64,000 nucleotides of DNA, from assembly GCA_951406725.2 (NCBI GenBank), contig OX597815.1, positions 199,640,001 to 199,704,000 on the forward strand, written 5' to 3'. The stretch comes from Octopus vulgaris. Its lineage: Eukaryota. The translations under genes were made by a program, and so were the position numbers. Each line of letters opens with the position of its first letter. Within the stretch, counting starts at the first letter, position 1. This document shows, piece by piece, positions 26,701-39,454 of this stretch. The notes beneath the pieces were generated by a model. That model searched no databases and was not told the origin of the DNA. It saw nothing but the letters and a program-made list of their open reading frames with translations.

Positions 26701-29700
26701 TATATTGTTACATTCAGGATGTACGAACATAGCAGAGGTGCTATTTAGCAAATTGAATTTTAATTCTCTTCAATCTTTGTTATTAAACATTGTCTCTGTC
26801 AGTTTTGTATGCAATAATGGTGGTAGAATGATCAGGTTGTCCTGTCAAATGCTGAATTGAAATTTTGGCTCGATATTAACATTGAAAAAGATTTTTGTAT
26901 GTGTATCCAAGAAGTTTACCTGTGTTGTCTTGTTGATCTTCCAAAAGTATTGATTATATCCCAAAAAAAAAAAGAAAGAAAAAGAAAAGCAAAAAAAAAA
27001 AAAATTTGAAAATGCAATATACTAACAAAATTAGGCTGAGAGTGACTTTTACTTTTTGCTTTTATTTATTTTTTTTCCAATTTATTTCTTCTATATTTAT
27101 TTAGATGCTTTTTAAATTTTTAGCTTTCATTTGTTTTCCCTGTTTTTTTAATATTTTTTTTGAGACCTAGAGGGCAATTTTATTTGAAGAATAAATGAGG
27201 ATATCGTATTTGGAGGAAATTTCCACCAAAATTTGGAGGAAATTTATCTTTTACAACTATCACATGCAATTATACTACATATATATTTCATTGCGGTTGA
27301 TCTTTGTATATATATGTAAGTTTGTGATTTTGTATTTTATTCTTTTTTTTTTTTAATTTTCTGTTAAGTCCAACAAATTTACCTTTAAAAAACTTTGGTT
27401 AATGTATATATATTTTGTATGTATACATAAACATGAAAAATTATATTAAAAATTAAATTCCTTGCTAAACTGGCGCCTCGGGGAAATATCCCAGAGCTCC
27501 ATTGAACATGAAGAAAGGAATAAAAGGATTTTTTCTGTTGCCATTGCTCATTTTTCTTTTCCAATTCTTCAATTCCAAACATTGTTGCTGGTGCCATATT
27601 TAGTAATTGTTACTTTTCCTAACTTCAAACAGATGACACGACCCGTCGTCCAGTGTACTACTACTACTACCAACAAATAAAGCGCAATTTGGCACAGGCT
27701 ATGTATGCCTTTTCATTCCTACTTTTTTTTTCTTTTTTCCTTTCTCATTTCTTTTTTTCTCTTTTTTCCTGTAAAAACCGCTGTGTGAGTAGTGTGTGCA
27801 CTTCTGCTATGTCACAGCGTTGAGTGCAAGATAGATTGCTTGTTGGGCAGCAGCAGCAGCAGCAAAAATGTGTGTCAGTAATCCTTGCCCTGTCTGTTCA
27901 CCCAATCTTACATTTATATTATTTGCTAGTAAACAAAAACTATATATATATATCTATATATATATATGGGGACCTTTTATTTTATTTATGGCTGATATTT
28001 TCATACTTTTTGTAAAGATGTATATGTATGGTGGTGTTTGTGTGAGTGTGTGGTTATCACACATTTTTCCAACCTTCCCTGCAAGTAGTCAATACCTTCC
28101 CCTATTTTATATATAATTTTTTCTAGGAGCACATTCTTCCCCCTTTTTTAATATTTGCATAAATTTAAGTATTTATGTACATACGTTCTACATACACACC
28201 ATGGTAAATTTACTGTATATTTTTAAATTCATTTCATTTCCCCCTCTATCTTTTTTGCATTTGTGTTGTATTTTTAATTCTCTTTCTTCCCATTTTATTT
28301 CTTTTAGTATGTATCAAAATAAATTTATTAACCGCTTTTTGCAGTGCACCAGATTAGACACTTAAAACTTTTTTCAAGCTCTCTTATTGTTTTGTAGCCA
28401 GAAGCAAGGAAACAATGTATCCATAGCCCATTTGGCTATGTTGTTTCTTTGGAGCATGTCTCTGGCATTGATGGATGCTGCTGGTTATTATTAATCACTC
28501 TGATCATTACCCTCCCTCTTTGTAGGTTTTCAGTGGGTTCTAGTGGGAATGGTGAGAAGCAGGCATGCTAGTTCACATTACTGGGTAGCAATTGTATCTT
28601 CAGCTTTCTTAGACTGCACTAGAAAGGCTTCAACAGCAAAAGATCAACAATAATGCATATTCATTCGTACATAGATATATTACTAGCGTACACATTACCG
28701 TGTATGCTCACTCACACATTCTATATACATTCAAACACATCTACCAGTTTCCACTAATTAGCTGTAGTTTTTTTTTTTTTTCTTTCTTATTTGTAGTAAC
28801 GGATCGAGATATATTAATATCATCTTTCGTTTTGTTGAATTTCGTATTTTCTCTATTTTTCTGTTTCAATCCTCTCAGTTTTTCTTAGCCTGAGGCTTAT
28901 TGTGCCCTCCGTATTTCATTTTCCTTGTAGTTGTTTCCATTGGTTTTTGTAAATATGTACACTATATTAGGCTTCTGACTGGGGCTTTTAAAGTGCTGTG
29001 GAAAATTTAATCCCTCTTTGTAAGAATTATCTACTCGTAAAGGTATCTTTATCTTGAAAGTTGAGGTTCTTGACTGTCTGCACATTCTAATTCGTATATT
29101 GGATTATCACTTCTGGTTTTATTGTCATTCAGATTTTAGGTATGCAATTTTGTTAGGAACTAATTTAAATTGTTCTAATTTCTATAGAGTTTGGAGATTG
29201 TTAAAGGCATCATTAGGGATTCCCCTGTTGTAGTACAATGTTGAAATTGTTTGAAATAATGTAACAAGTTTTGGTTTCCTCATTTTTAGCGTTATATATA
29301 ATTCATGTATGTAAAAATGGAGAATAAAATATTGTTGTCTCGACTCTTTTTCAATTGAAATTTTTCTTGTATATCTTGCAGCTTTCCTTTGTCTTCATCA
29401 TTTCTCAGTCAACCAACCATGTTTTAAATTCATATCTCCTGAAATCCTTCTTTTGTCTTGGTTTTACACTCCTAAATATCATCATGGTTTATAATAGCTA
29501 TATTTCTGTACAATATCCATTTTTGACTTCATGATTTCATAACCAAACTCTTTTTCATTATTATTTTCCATTCAATAATTTCTATCCACAAACATCCTTG
29601 TATTTTAAAATCTTTTTATTCACTAACATTTACTTTCCTCTCTCCCAAGTTAGCAGTTTTTGCTCAGTAGGTCATTATATAAAAGATTGATTAAATTTCT

Positions 29701-32700
29701 ACAAAATATCCTATGGTTTTTAATTTTGTAAACCTGGTTTATTAGATTCCATAAATTGCCTTCTGCTTGCCTCCAAGTTTACCTGATACCCTTTACGTTG
29801 ACAATTTTATCCCAACCAACTGCATCCAATTATTCTTTCAGTATTATCTCCAATTAAGGAAAGCTAATTGCTTACCTTATTACTTGACAATTGTAAAAAT
29901 TCATTAATAAACTCATTGTGTTGAATGAGTAACGGTTGTTTTAATTTAAAAAAGAAACCTAATGATTACTGAATCATTAGCTAAATCTCTAATCACTTGC
30001 TGCATCAGTCTATATATATATATATATATCAAAACCCTGCCTAAATTTGGTAGCAGTACTATGTACATGTTTGCATAAAAAACTTGTTGCTGTTAAAGCT
30101 TTTCTTCCAGCTAACCCATGCAGACAGTCCAGATTTGATCTCTATATTAAAAAGTTTTGTTTGTTAATCAATAATACTACTAACACCAATGCAGTATTAG
30201 GTGTAACAACATTGCTTTGTTATTAACTACTGAAACTTTTTTTAGTCTTTTATGATCTGCACCAAAGTCTTTGAGTGTATCAAAAAATTTCAAGTTTAGT
30301 GGAACTTTAAGTAAGTGGAAAATGCCAGTCACATACACCTCGAAACTAATTTCTTTAATATAGTGGGCTATATTTTCTGCATGTAAAGAATTTTTCTTCA
30401 TTCTTTTCCTGATTTTTGAAGTCTCTAGAATATTAGTTAAAAAACATCAGTAAAAAAACATTTGGTTAAATTAGATACATTCATTAGCTTTTAGTTCAAA
30501 AGTACATGTTGTAAATGTACTTTTCATCTTTTAACTATCTATTCATTTAAAGTATAATTTTTCACTAAAATTTTCTTAGTTAGAAACTAATTTACGACTA
30601 AGCTACAGGTTCTATGAAGCTGACTTAAAAACGTTAATATATCTGGAAGTAAATCCCATGAAGAAGTCTACATTTATAATATTTGGGAGGGAATCATCAG
30701 TGCATTTGTATTGATGTCACTAAAATTTTTATTGGTTGCTTGTTAAACTTGTAGCTTTTTGCCACAGTTGCTTTGGTCTTTTTATACAGCCTGCTTGCCG
30801 TCGTGTGTTTCAGGCTTACTGTCTTTATAGTTCTCACTCAATTTTCTGTTTTTTGCTTTCCCCAATTTATTGCAGAGATTGTAAAATCATTCGGGATCCG
30901 CAAACCCTGAAATCAAAGGGATATGGTTTTGTTTCTTTTGTTAACAAAGTGGTAAGTAATAGTTTTTTTTTCTTCCATATTTATAATGATATAAAAAAAA
31001 TATGCTTGGGGTTTCTCAGAGGTGCTTGACAATTAAATGGTTTCAAAGTAATCTAAATGCAAATAATTATGGCATTCACCTCATTAATGGTTATTCATAC
31101 TGCTTGTTTGATCAATTGTTTTTTGTATTAAATGCGGGTGCTAATGAAAATATGTATATATCTCTTGGAGTGGTTGCTGTTAGGAAGGGCATCCAGCTGT
31201 AGAAACTCTGCCAAATCAAGATTGGAGCCTGGTGCAGCCATTTGGTTCGCCAGCCCTCAGTCAAAATCGTCCAACCCATGCTAGCATGGAAAGCGGACGT
31301 TAAACAGCGACGATGATGATTTCAGTCTAGTTTCCAAAACTAATGACTGCATCAAATGTTAATATGCTGAAGGGGTTCAATATGTCTTATTGTATGTAAC
31401 AATAAAATAAAACATTTTTGGAAAGCAATGTGAAGTTCAGTATATTGTTCAACTTCTGGAATATACATGTTAAAAAAACTTCTATTGAACCAGATTGTTG
31501 CCATGACTGACTGTATATTCGTTGCCATTCAAAAATGTCACAACTGTGCACAATCCACATGAAAATTGTTTTTTTTTTTCTCTTTAAAGCAAAGGAAAAA
31601 GCGTTTAGTATATGTCTGACCTCAGAATTCTCTCTGAGTATCAATGCATTTGAATACTCTACGTGACTGAATTGGGACTAAAATTCTGTATAAATCTGGG
31701 TCACTTTTCTACTTCGGCTTATTTCGATGGAACATCTCAGCAGTTTGGAAAAACCTGCATGGGTTGCTGGTTGCAGCACAAAACATTTTCAGTGATATTA
31801 AGATATTTGCCTACTCTGTACTGAATAATGGACCTCTGTATTGCCACATCAAATAAGATAGTTTTTCATAGAACCTTTTGGAAGTGTTGAATATTTTTCA
31901 ACTCAGTGCTAAGTACTTAGTATCAAATGTTCAATTAAGATTTGATTATGGCTCAACCAGCTTTTGAAAGGTATGCAGTTATTGAAATCTAGTCTTAATT
32001 ATGTCTCATTGAATGTCCCACGTGACAAAACATTTCCAGGACATATTCTTGAATATTCCATTTTTGCAAAATTGAGTAAGAAGCACCTGTGTTGGCACCA
32101 TGCAAAGCACCCAGTAGACACTCTGTGAAATGGTTGACGTTAGTGTTAAAGGGCATCCAACTGCAGAAACCATGCCAAAACTGGCAACTAGAGCCTGGTG
32201 CAGCCCTCCTGCTAGCCAGCTCCTGTCATATCATCCAGCATTGAAAACAGCTTTTAAACAATGATGATGAGGAGGAGTGGATATTAAATCTAAAAGCTCG
32301 TAAACTCCACACTGATAGCAGATATGATAGCAGGTAGCACATAAATTGTGCAAGATATAGGGCAAGTCACAAAATTACCATTTCTTTAGCTCGAGATCAA
32401 TTCCAATGAAGCAAAAGTTGATGAGTCATTCTACTCATGACCATCCTGTCTTTAGGTGTATCTAGGAATTCACAATCTGTGTCATATTTCGTTTTAAATA
32501 ATGGTGTGTGTAATTTGATAGAACGCCAGCTGCTATTTCTAGCAGGTTGTGCAGTCACAGATTGGCTTCATTGCATTGCTTTGGTTTTGGTGATAATGTT
32601 AGCAATCTACTCCCAGAACATATGCTTCAAAACAGTGGCTTTTATTTGGGAATTTTGCCAGTATGGCTGTGTGTGTGCGTGTGCACACACTTTATAAATA

Positions 32701-34516
32701 AGTGACTAAATTACCGAACTTTTGAACTTGGTTGCATGCAATGTTCCCTATCTTTTTTGCACACTTTATATTTCATATATTGACATGACTGCTGTTAAAA
32801 CATGTTTTTACCTTTTGCAACAGTGGCAGTTTGATTTTAAATATGCATTTCATGTGTGACAGTTTCTCTTGTTTCCTATTTAAAAATTGTAAGATAATGA
32901 GTTTGAACTCCATTAAGTTCTAACATGCACAGCACTTTGTGTCCACTGTTTGATCCGTATGCATCTCATGAGAAAACGTGAGAATCACAAAACTCCAAAT
33001 GAACTAATTTTGCATTGTGCCTAACTTTCTGACAGTAAATTTTTAAAAACCTTTTATAGTTTTGGTCATGAAAAACTTTCTTCCTTGCATTCTATCATCA
33101 GATATGGAACACTGTCTATTGACACTATTCATTTTGTCAGTTTTACTTACTTGTACGTCCAATATCATCATCATCATCATATCATCGTTTAGTGTCCGCT
33201 TTCCATGCTAGCATGGGTTGGACGGTTCAAATGGGGTCTGGGAAGCCAGAAGGCTGCACCAGGCCCAGTCTGATCTGGCAATGTTTCTACGGCTGGATGC
33301 TCTTCCTAACGCCAACCACTCCGTGAGTGTAGTGGGTGCTTTTTACGTGCCGCCCGCACAGGTGCCAGACGGAGCTGGCAAACGGCCATGGACGGATGGT
33401 GCTTTTTACGTAGTTAAAAAATATGAAAAGTGAGTAGTTTTAATGGTTTTGAAATGATGTCGCAGATCCAGGCTCTCGCATCTAATGCTCAATGTCATTC
33501 TAAAAATAATTGCATCACCAGAATCTTGAAGCTGCAAGGTGATGCAAGATGCATTCACAACAAAGTAGATAAATAAGCATTACATTTGACAAAGTTATCT
33601 GAAAGCTAGAAACAAAGAAGCAACTCACACACTTGTTTCAGTCATTTCACAGTGGCCATGCTGGAGTATCACTTTGAGGAGTTTCAATCAAACAAATCGA
33701 ACCCTAGTACTTATATTCTATTGGTCTTTTCTTGCTGAACTGCTAAGTTATTGGTACATAAACACACCAACACCAGTTGTCAAGTGGTAGTGGGGAACAG
33801 ACAGGCACAAAAACATACATGGATTTATACAGTGGGCTTCTTTCAGTTTCCATCTACCAAATCCGCTCACAAGGCATTGGTTAGTCTGAGAATACATTTT
33901 CCCAAGATGCCATGCAGTGAGACTTGATCACAGAACTATGTGATTGGGAAGCAAGCTTCTTGCCACACGGCCATGCTGATATATTCTATGATATTTTGCA
34001 AATTTTTGTGAAAAATGCAGAAGAAACTGCTGAGGTGTATATTGTAAGTCTTAATGATTCTGAATGAAATCAAGTTAATAATTGGCATTTCTAACAAAAT
34101 TCATGGACACTTAATCTATATTTTTAAATCAGTATTGTTTCTCTTAAGTGTTTGCATTCTAAACTCATTTCTTTCCAACTGTGAGAGTAGTATGTTAAGA
34201 TCTGTTCGTCAAGGATATAAATAATTATGGCCTAGCTTTCTCATTGATCACAGTTGTTAGATGTCTGCAATGTCTACATGGTGACTAGGTTTGACCCTTT
34301 AGCATTTAAACCAGCCATATCCAGCCAAAAATATTCTGATTTATGTTCAAATATAGGCGCAGGAGTGGCTGTCTGGTAAGCAGCCTGCTTACCAACCACA
34401 CAGTTCTGAGTTCAGTCCTACTGCGTGGCACCTTGGGAAAGTGTCTTCTACTATAGCCTCGGGCTGACCAAAGCCTTGTGAGTGGATTTGGTAGACAGAA
34501 ACTGAAAGAAGCTTGT

Positions 34517-34576
<60 letters not shown>

Positions 34577-36776
34577 CGTGTGTGTGTTTGTCTCCCTAGC
34601 ATTGCTTGACAACCGATGCTGGTGTGTTTATGTCCCCGTTACTTAGCGGTTTGGCAAAAGAGACTGATAGAATAAGTACTGGGCTTACAAAAAAATAAGT
34701 CTCGGGGTCGAGTTGCTCGATTAAAGGCGGTGCTCCAGCATGGTCGCAGTCAAAATGACTGAAACAAGTAAAAGAGAGTAAAGAGTAAACTGGCCAGGTC
34801 TGGTTTCTCACACCAACCCTACGATATCGTTTTAAAAATTAACAGCTACCTCATCAAAATCTCATAGCTACAAGGTAATGCCTGATTAGTTCAAAACAAT
34901 GTAGATGAAGAAGCTTTAATTTTGGCAGAATAATGTGAACACTAAAGGGTTAAACATGGTTTTTGACAGTATTTTATTCTTTTAGTTATTTTAATAAAAG
35001 CATTGAAGTGGTAATCATGAAAAATTCGATTTATGTAACCGTCTTAGCAGCCCTGGGCAGCAAAAAAAAAAAAGAAATAATCTACCAAAGATGTGTATAC
35101 TCTTTTTTTTTTTACTCTTTTATTGTTTCAGTCATTTGACTGCGGCCATGCTGGAGCACCGCCTTTAGTCGAGCAAATCGACCCCGGGACTTATTCTTTG
35201 TAAGCCCAGTACTTATCCTATCAGTCTCTTTTGCCGAACCACTAATTGACGGGGACGTAAACACGCCAGCATCGGTTGTCAAGCAATGCTGGAGGGACAA
35301 ACACAGACATACAAACATATACATGCACACATACACACACATATATATATATACACGACAGGCTTCTTTCAGTTTCTGTCTACCAAATCCACTCACAAGG
35401 CTTTGGTTGGCCCAAGGCTATAGAAGAAGACACTTTCCCAAGGTGCCATGCAGTGGGACTGAGCCCGGAACCATGTGGTTGGTTAGCAAGCTACTTACCA
35501 CACAGCCACTCCTGCGCCTATGTATGTGCATACATTTGTATAATCATTTTGTGATCCTTTTCCATGTTAGCATGCATTAGGCAGTTGGAGAGATCTGACG
35601 CTGGTGGGGACGTGTCTTGCTCTACTGGTTCACTTTCAGTATGGTTTCTATGATTGGATGTTGTTCCTAGTGCCAACCACTCTTCAGTGGACTGGATGCT
35701 TTTTCTCTGGCACCAGTGTTAGTATGGTTACTTGGCAGCTTACAAGGTGAGAAGAATCCCCCCCCCACGCACAACTAGGAGAGTACAAGTAGAAAGTATG
35801 ATGAAAAATGCAGATTTATTTTTGAGAAAGGGTGTTTAGGGATACAAGAAAATCCGTGTGAAAGTGATGAGGGAAATTAGGATGATGGGTTGGGTCAAGT
35901 AATGGAGTGAGCCTGTGCCCTCAAATGGCATATTTATTATTTTACATGTACTTTCCATGCTTTAACCCTTTAGCATTCAGATTATTCTGTCAAATGTAAA
36001 GCTTATGTATTCACACCATGTAAAATTAATCTTGTATCATTTCATGGCTTTGAGATTTCAATGATGTGATTATTTATATTTAAAATGACACAATAAGGTG
36101 GCTATGAATGACTATATCTGACTAGTTTGAACATAAAATAGGTAGAATATTTTGGCCAGATATGGCCAGTTTAAACACTAAACAGTTAATGGGCTGGAAG
36201 TTTGTCAGGATTCAAGTTTAATCTTGACGGGTTGATAGGTAAAAAACAGGTAGTCTTACGGAGGGAGATAACAAAAAAGAAAGATGGGGAGAGGAGTGAT
36301 AAATATTGATGGGTGGGTCAACATACAGTGGTTACTCCACATTATATGAGCGGGTGAGGAAGTGTGTGAAGGAAAAAATTAGATGAGGAACGAGAACATA
36401 TCCTTGAGGTAACATGTTCAAAAGATGTGTATCTCTCTCACTCTGTATATATGGTGTCTGGCACTTGTGCAGGTGGCACTGGAAAAACATTCAAGTGAGG
36501 TCATTGCTAGCACCGCTGGACTGGTTCCTGTGCAGGTGGCATGTAAAAAACACCACTTGAGCGTCGCCGTTGCCAGTACTGCCTGACTGGCCCTTGTGCC
36601 GGTGGCGTGTAAAAGCACCCACTACACTCTTGGAGTGGTTGACGTTAGGAAGGGCATCCAGTTGTAGAAACTCTGCCAGATCAGATTGGAGCCTGGTGCG
36701 GCCATCTTGTTCGCCAGTCCTCAGTCAAATCGTCCAACCCTTGCTAGCATGGAAAGCGGACGTTAAATGATGATTT

Positions 36777-36819
<43 letters not shown>

Positions 36820-39419
36820 GAAATGTTACATAAAGAAAATATAAAATAAAATATAGAATGCACGTGGAAATGTAAGGGTAAGATATGAAAAATCAGCGAA
36901 AATGCACATTGCAAATAAAAAAGGCTATTTATGACAGGTAACGACAAATATATACATTTAGATTGACTGAGGTAGTAATACGAGTCATAAAAGTCATTAT
37001 TATGAGATCATTATAAGATGATAATAAAGTGAGAGAACAAAACGGACCATGGTTTACGCAAAGCTATATACATACATACATACATACATACATACATACA
37101 TAGACACACACACCCATGCTCAGCCTCATGACTTCGGGCCTCAGGCAAATATTCTCCTCACCATATCTGATTTCATGCTGGGTTGCAGCCTTTGCTAAGA
37201 GCTTTCCTGCTTGTCAATGCACCATCTTTCTTTCCTATGAACCTATATTCTGCACAGTCAGTCTCTGAGGATGACAGTAAAATTAAAATACTTCACTTTT
37301 CACACTGAGAATCGTCACCAATTTTGTTTCTGCTCCCACCACCTTCAGTGCGGAATTATCTGGTGCTTCAACAGAACCACAGTGTTTGCCTATACCATGT
37401 CATTCTCTTCGTGTCATTTATCCTGAGGGTACATGTTTCATACTCTGCTGCAGGCAAGGCTTGCGTTCTTAGACAATCTAGTTTGCGTTTTTGCCGAAGT
37501 TGCTGTGTCTCCATAATGTACTGAATGACCTCATGGTCGATTTTCTTGCATCAGGCCTTGCTTTGACTTGCCGGCTGCTGTCTCGTCTTTGCTCAACAAT
37601 GCAGCCCAAGTACTTGCACATTTAGATGTGGTTTGGTTGGCCCCTTGGCATCATTAAATAAGCTGCTCAGGTTTCCTGGTGGCTGTCTTTTTGGTTTAAC
37701 CGCTGGTTAAAATTGATAAGACTTAAGTTTATCATTCAATTTTTGGAACTCAGCTGGTGACATAGCAATCAGTATTAGTAGTTAGGGGAAGCGGGGTATC
37801 TTATTTACATCAGATGACCTCACTTAAAACACAATGTCTTCAGTGGAACAAGATTTATTGAGCTACCAGCTGTTGGTGTTTATGCCAATCAATGAGATAT
37901 CTGACTTCTACATCATCTCAAAGTAGAGGCTACAGCGGACAGGTGAAAAAAGACACCCTTGCAAAGTACAATTCCTGGAACTAAACCAGTTTGGACGCTT
38001 GCATTTTGCTCTAAGAACTGCCTGCTGTAGGTTGAATACTGATTCTTTAAATTTCTGCTATTTGTAACTTACCACAGCTGAGATGGCAAACTGAGTTAAG
38101 GCCTTTTTTTTACAGTCGGTTTTTCTCTGATGATTCTTATATTAAAATTCTGGTCTTGTGTCACCTTTTACAGAGTCTTATCTGCACTTCTGCATACTCT
38201 TCTTCAATGGTTTGCATCTTCTTCCTTGATATTCTCAGCCAGATATTACTGGAATCAGCAATCATTGCAACTTTGGACAGTACAATGAAAACTGTTTACA
38301 TGCAGTCATTGTCCTGTCTCACAGATTTTAATGCCATTTGATAAGGATCTAGCTTCCCAGATATCTCTCTTTCTCATCTGAATCAACTGATTTTGGTTAT
38401 TGAAATGAGAATGTTAGCAAGTCCTAATATGTGTTTGCTTGCATAAATGTACATATCAATTATGCTAAAATACGTGTATGTTTCTGTTTAACATACAGGT
38501 TTCTCTTTACTTTTGACTTATATTTGTCCAACTTTGCTCAAATATCCAATGCATTGTTAGACTTCCTCGTTGTGTTTAAAGTGAGGTCATCTGATGCAAA
38601 TAAGACACCCAGCTTCCCCTAACTGCTAATGCTCCAGAAGCTTGCATATTTTCATAAGTTTTTGCCCTTATATCTTCTATTGGAATTTCAATAAGTTACA
38701 TACATTGAATGGCATGATGACTATATTTTATTATTGGTTAGAATGAATGCCATTTCAGTTGATACAGTTTAATTAAACTTTAGGGTTAATTTAGCAATAG
38801 TACGGAGTGGTTGGCATTAGGAAGGGCATCCAGCTGTAGAAACACTGCCAGATAAGACTGGAGCCTGGTGCAGCCTTCTGGCTTCCCAGATCCCCGGTCG
38901 AACCGTCCAACCCATGCTAGCATGGAGAACGGACGTTAAACGACGATGATGATGATGATGTGGAAGGTGCTGAACGCAGCCGAGTAATAAGTAGGGATAT
39001 AGTCGCTGTAGCTACAGAAAATTTTGAGGTTAAGACAATATTCTATAATGCTATTGTTATTGTTGCATACATAGCCATCTGTACACAGCAGACCAAAAAT
39101 CCCATTTTATATATTAATAGATCTAACAAAAGCTTTCCAGAATGTCTTTAAAGACCTGACGTTTGCTGTTGAATTATATATTAATACTCTCATGCTAATG
39201 ATTTCACAGCTACCTTATGGCCAAATGTCCAAGTAAGATTAAATGTGATGTATTGTTATTAATATAGGATGCTGAAACTGCAATAAACACCATGAATGGA
39301 CAGTGGCTGGGCAGTAGGCCAATCAGGACAAATTGGGCCACTCGGAAGCCGCCTGCTCCAAGTCAAAAAGACAGTAAGTAAATATACTAAATTTTTGTTT
39401 GTACTTTTTACTGTTACTG

Positions 39420-39454
<35 letters not shown>

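Noticed and set aside
27612-27632. U12-type branch site (tttcctaac close to ag)
   Set aside because: It lacks the TCCTTAAC consensus, and the upstream donor is U2-type gtaagt.
27824-28015. ORF with a Q run from (CAG)n
   Set aside because: Short repeat in an intron, with no usable in-phase splice sites or homology.
36455-36620. CRISPR-like repeat-spacer pattern
   Set aside because: These are internal tandem units of a eukaryotic retroposon; the spacers are homologous to each other and there are no cas genes.
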